Source: an uncultured Thermococci archaeon (lineage in GTDB: Archaea; Methanobacteriota_B; Thermococci; Thermococcales; Thermococcaceae). From it: DNA of 20,146 nt. Below, piece after piece: positions 17,253 to 20,146 of this stretch; positions within the stretch are counted from its first letter, which is position 1; each line of letters starts with the position of its first letter. The position numbers and the translations under genes were made by a program. The notes below the pieces were generated by a model, which saw only the letters and a program-made list of their open reading frames with translations, ran no database searches and had not been told where the DNA came from. Location: NCBI GenBank assembly GCA_964615185.1, contig CAZTOS010000042.1, positions 1-20,146 of the forward strand. Reading direction: 5' to 3'.

Positions 17253-18962
17253 TTATTCGAGATACATGCCCTCCAAACCTCTATAGTATGCCCTGTATAT
17301 GTCTCTTTTGGTTATCACACCAATAAGCCTATTTCTTTTCGGACTTTCAACAACGGGAAGAAGATTCTGATTAAAACTTATAAGCTTCTCAAGTGCCTGC
17401 TGGGCTGTTTCTGTAGGATATGCGACAGCATAGGGTCTTTGTATAAATTTCCCAACACTCATGCTCTTATCAGGACAAGTTATTAGATCCCTTACTCCCA
17501 CTATCCCAACGACCCTCATTTTTTCATCAACTACCGGAAAACAGTCATGTCCCGTTTCTGAAATCAATTTTTCAACTCGAAACAGGAGATCTGATGAGTA
17601 CACAAAAACCGGTTCCCTTGTCATTATATCCCCAACGGAGATAGTTTCAAGGATAAGGGGTTTTCCTGTTTTAATTTTAATCCCTCTGCGTTCAAGCTTC
17701 AACGTGTAAACTGAGGATCCTTTTAAAAGAACTCTTGCACTTAAAAAGCCAGCAACAGAGGAAAGCATAGCTGGAGGTATCATAGTGTAATTTTTAGTCA
17801 ATTCAGCAACCATGAGAATTTGATTTATAGGAGCTTGGGCAACTCCACTGAAAAATGCTGCCATTCCAGCAAGAGCATAAGAAGAGGGATTCACCCAGGG
17901 TAGGAAAAGGCGCAAAACCATCCCAAAGACAGCACCAAATAGTGTTCCAATGTACAAGCTTGGCGCAAAGATTCCCCCACTGTACCCAGAAGCTATAGAA
18001 AAAACCGTTGCAATAACCTTCAGAAATATTAGGAGTATAAGAAGATGAATAGGCAGAAGTCCAAACATTGCAAGTCTCATGCCTTCATAACCAATACCAA
18101 AAATACCATATTTAGGAAACAGCATGCCTGAAATTCCAACAATAGTTCCTCCGATAAGCAGCCTTAATGTAAGTGGGAAATCCGAGCTTTCAAATTTGTC
18201 TGTTACAAAATACAAGAGTTTCACAAAAAGTGCCGCCAATATCCCAGAAAACACTCCCATCAGGAAAAAGAATGGCAATTCCACACCAGTATAGCCTAAG
18301 GATTTTGGAATTTCAATGCCAGAAACAGAACCCAGAACTGCAAGTGTTACAGCGTTCCCAGTTATAGATGCAATGAAAATAGGTACCAGATTGAGAGAAA
18401 AAGCTCCCATATATAGAACTTCAAGGGCAAAGAGGGCTCCAGCACAAGGTGCATTAAAAGTTCCAGCAATTCCTGCAGCTAAACCACAAGCTGTTAAAAG
18501 CTTCTTAATCTCTTTGGGAAGATTAAAGAACTGGCTGATTATAGATGAGAGGGACGCCCCTATAAATCCTGTGGGCCCCTCTCTTCCAAGGCTTGCTCCA
18601 GAGCCAATGGCCACAGAAGTAGCTATTATCTTCAAGATTGCAAATTTACTATGTATTGTACCATCTCTAAAGATAAATGCCTCAATAACTTCTGGAACCC
18701 CATTTCCCCGAATGTTGGGAGCATACATTATAAGAGGAGCAATTAAAACGCCCCCAATTACTGGAAGGATAATGTACCCAAGGTTAAATCCACCTATATA
18801 AAAGCTGATGTGAGGTAGAAGCGTGGAGAAGAAGAACGTGTGAAAAAATTCAATCATGAGCCTAAACATCACCGCTCCAATTCCTCCAACTAATCCGGCC
18901 ATAAAAGAAAAAATTAGAATGACTGCCCATTTCTTAGCGTATTTTCTTGTTTTCCACTCCAT
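17253..18962 (-). CDS. ClC-family anion channel / H+ antiporter with CBS domain pair
   Basis: GNGVP, GREGP, AGTFNAP, LFALE, SGGIFAP, SVY; C-terminal CBS repeats (IMTREP...FPVVD; LPVV...GVITKRD). Confidence 0.95.
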   Translation of the reverse strand: MEWKTRKYAKKWAVILIFSFMAGLVGGIGAVMFRLMIEFFHTFFFSTLLPHISFYIGGFNLGYIILPVIGGVLIAPLIMYAPNIRGNGVPEVIEAFIFRDGTIHSKFAILKIIATSVAIGSGASLGREGPTGFIGASLSSIISQFFNLPKEIKKLLTACGLAAGIAGTFNAPCAGALFALEVLYMGAFSLNLVPIFIASITGNAVTLAVLGSVSGIEIPKSLGYTGVELPFFFLMGVFSGILAALFVKLLYFVTDKFESSDFPLTLRLLIGGTIVGISGMLFPKYGIFGIGYEGMRLAMFGLLPIHLLILLIFLKVIATVFSIASGYSGGIFAPSLYIGTLFGAVFGMVLRLFLPWVNPSSYALAGMAAFFSGVAQAPINQILMVAELTKNYTMIPPAMLSSVAGFLSARVLLKGSSVYTLKLERRGIKIKTGKPLILETISVGDIMTREPVFVYSSDLLFRVEKLISETGHDCFPVVDEKMRVVGIVGVRDLITCPDKSMSVGKFIQRPYAVAYPTETAQQALEKLISFNQNLLPVVESPKRNRLIGVITKRDIYRAYYRGLEGMYLE

Positions 18963-18997
18963 CAAAAAGTCATTTCACCTTTTTTATTTTAAAAGGT

Positions 18998-19606
18998 TTA
19001 GTTAAGCTCAAAAGGATACTTCTTCGTTTTAACAAGCCATAAGCCACTTAACGCTCCCAAGGTATTCATGAGTAAATCCCTAAACTTATTTGTAAGTGTT
19101 TCATGAATAAAGGAAATCTCACTTTCAGTGAGCTTTTCAGCGATTTCCCACCCTACGCTGAGCATAAATAGAATCAGAAAAGAATATACTACAACTTGCT
19201 TTGAGTTTATGGAATACTTTCCTGAAAGCTCGTTTAGGATACAGGCAATTGCCACCCAAACCGTCAATCCACCTAAGAAATGACTTATCATATCTGCATC
19301 TGTCCATTCTTTGTGAAAAAGGTCAATTGTTGTGAATGGTACATTTACAAGAGAAACATGAACAGCAATAAAAACTGCCAAGATTGCGATAATTTTGTCA
19401 TTATAAAGCGGGCTTAAGAAGGGCTTTAATTTTTCTGGAGGATTCAACTTTCTTTGGAAAATATCTGGGACAAAGAGCCCTATTAGTGCAACACCACTCC
19501 TATAAATGTGATCAGTGCGCATATACATAAGACCGCTTAGAAGCCCTATAAGTACCATAAATCTGCCAATATTTATTATCCTCCTCTCCCGTGTAATTCT
19601 AATCAC
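18998..19606 (-). CDS. Hypothetical membrane protein (DUF2238/VanZ-like DxxxH...WE..E...D pattern)
   Basis: Several TM helices; [22 protein letters not shown]; start uncertain (GTG 19606 chosen, ORF open to 19678). Confidence 0.78.
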   Translation of the reverse strand: MIRITRERRIINIGRFMVLIGLLSGLMYMRTDHIYRSGVALIGLFVPDIFQRKLNPPEKLKPFLSPLYNDKIIAILAVFIAVHVSLVNVPFTTIDLFHKEWTDADMISHFLGGLTVWVAIACILNELSGKYSINSKQVVVYSFLILFMLSVGWEIAEKLTESEISFIHETLTNKFRDLLMNTLGALSGLWLVKTKKYPFELN

Positions 19607-19690
19607 CAAGCTACATTTTGTTCTCATCATTTTTAGTTTTTCTTGGAAATCTTGGATGCATAAACCTTCAGTTGCCAAGGGAAAGTTGCA

Positions 19691-19734
19691 AAAAGGTTTT
19701 TATATGGTGTTACTGCTTAATATACAGATAGCAC
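19691..19734 (+). promoter_or_regulatory. BRE/TATA promoter with NikR-type operator
   Basis: AAAAGG-TTTTTATAT followed by GTGTTA-N16-TAGCAC (19707-19734), the 6-16-6 NikR geometry, upstream of a Ni/Co transporter. Confidence 0.7.
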
Positions 19735-19757
19735 TATTTAGCACGGAGGTGGAAGTA

Positions 19758-20114
19758 TTGCACATCCCAGACGGGCTTTTAAGCATGCCTGTGATAGTTG
19801 TGACGTATGCCATAATGATAGCGGTAGTAGTGTATTCAGCAAAGAAACTTAAGAACCTACCAGAGAACAAGATTCCCCTTCTTGGGCTTTTCGCAGCTGG
19901 AATCTTTGCAGCTCAAATGGTAAACTTCCCAATAATCGGAGGAGTCAGTGGACATTTGCTTGGAGCAACACTTGTAGCAATATTACTCGGCCCCTATGCC
20001 GCTGTATTGGTAATGACTGCTGTTCTAATAATCCAAACATTACTCTTTGGGGATGGCGGGATTACAGCGCTTGGAGCTAACATACTCAACATGGGCTGTT
20101 TTGTAAATGGTTAA
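19758..20114 (+). pseudogene. cbiM: ECF-type Ni/Co transporter S component (CbiM/NikM), truncated
   Basis: TTG start gives [40 protein letters not shown], then CFVNG and a stop at about half the normal length. Confidence 0.88.
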
Positions 20115-20146
20115 AAGCGTGAAGTTTGTTAGTGGGTGTTATCGTA
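20094..20146. mobile_element. Probable terminus of a DDE-type IS inserted in cbiM
   Basis: CbiM similarity stops at GGCTGTTTTGTAAAT, which resembles the GGC-starting inverted repeats of IS5(IS903)/IS6-type elements; RBS-like GGGTG near the window edge. Confidence 0.55.

Noticed and set aside
19515..19757. N-terminal extension of the cbiM ORF
   Set aside because: CbiM/NikM requires a free N-terminal MH motif; promoter and RBS point to TTG at 19758

Overview
Archaeal chromosomal region, almost certainly Thermococcales (Thermococcus-like: GGTGA/GGAGG ribosome-binding sites, BRE-TATA promoters, typical gene set). Mostly housekeeping genes: queE, an aldolase, a PfkB kinase, a NUDIX hydrolase, an Mth938-like protein, an archaeal ATPase, an ABC transporter, a DHPS-like protein, argF, an m5C RNA methyltransferase, a lysine/saccharopine dehydrogenase, nep1, aIF5A, agmatinase, a ClC-CBS protein and cbiM/nikM. 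The main signal is in the mobile and non-coding DNA. (1) A complete IS200/IS605-type element (9731-11361) has no tnpA; it carries a 51-aa ribbon-helix-helix gene (missed by the ORF track) coupled to a frameshifted TnpB with a rearranged RuvC-II, plus a structured omega-RNA. (2) The left end of a second, related element at 1-233 (- strand) has a collapsed end hairpin and, in the slot where the first has the RHH gene, a promoter-driven ~137-nt structured RNA that sequesters a ribosome-binding site. (3) The left-end guide and cleavage tetranucleotides of the two elements co-vary (CAAG/TGAC vs AAAG/TTCC). Also seen: two box C/D sRNAs, a NikR-like operator, a tandem palindromic operator, two gene remnants, and cbiM truncated by a probable IS end at the right edge. 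All family assignments come from motif recognition only; no searches were run.
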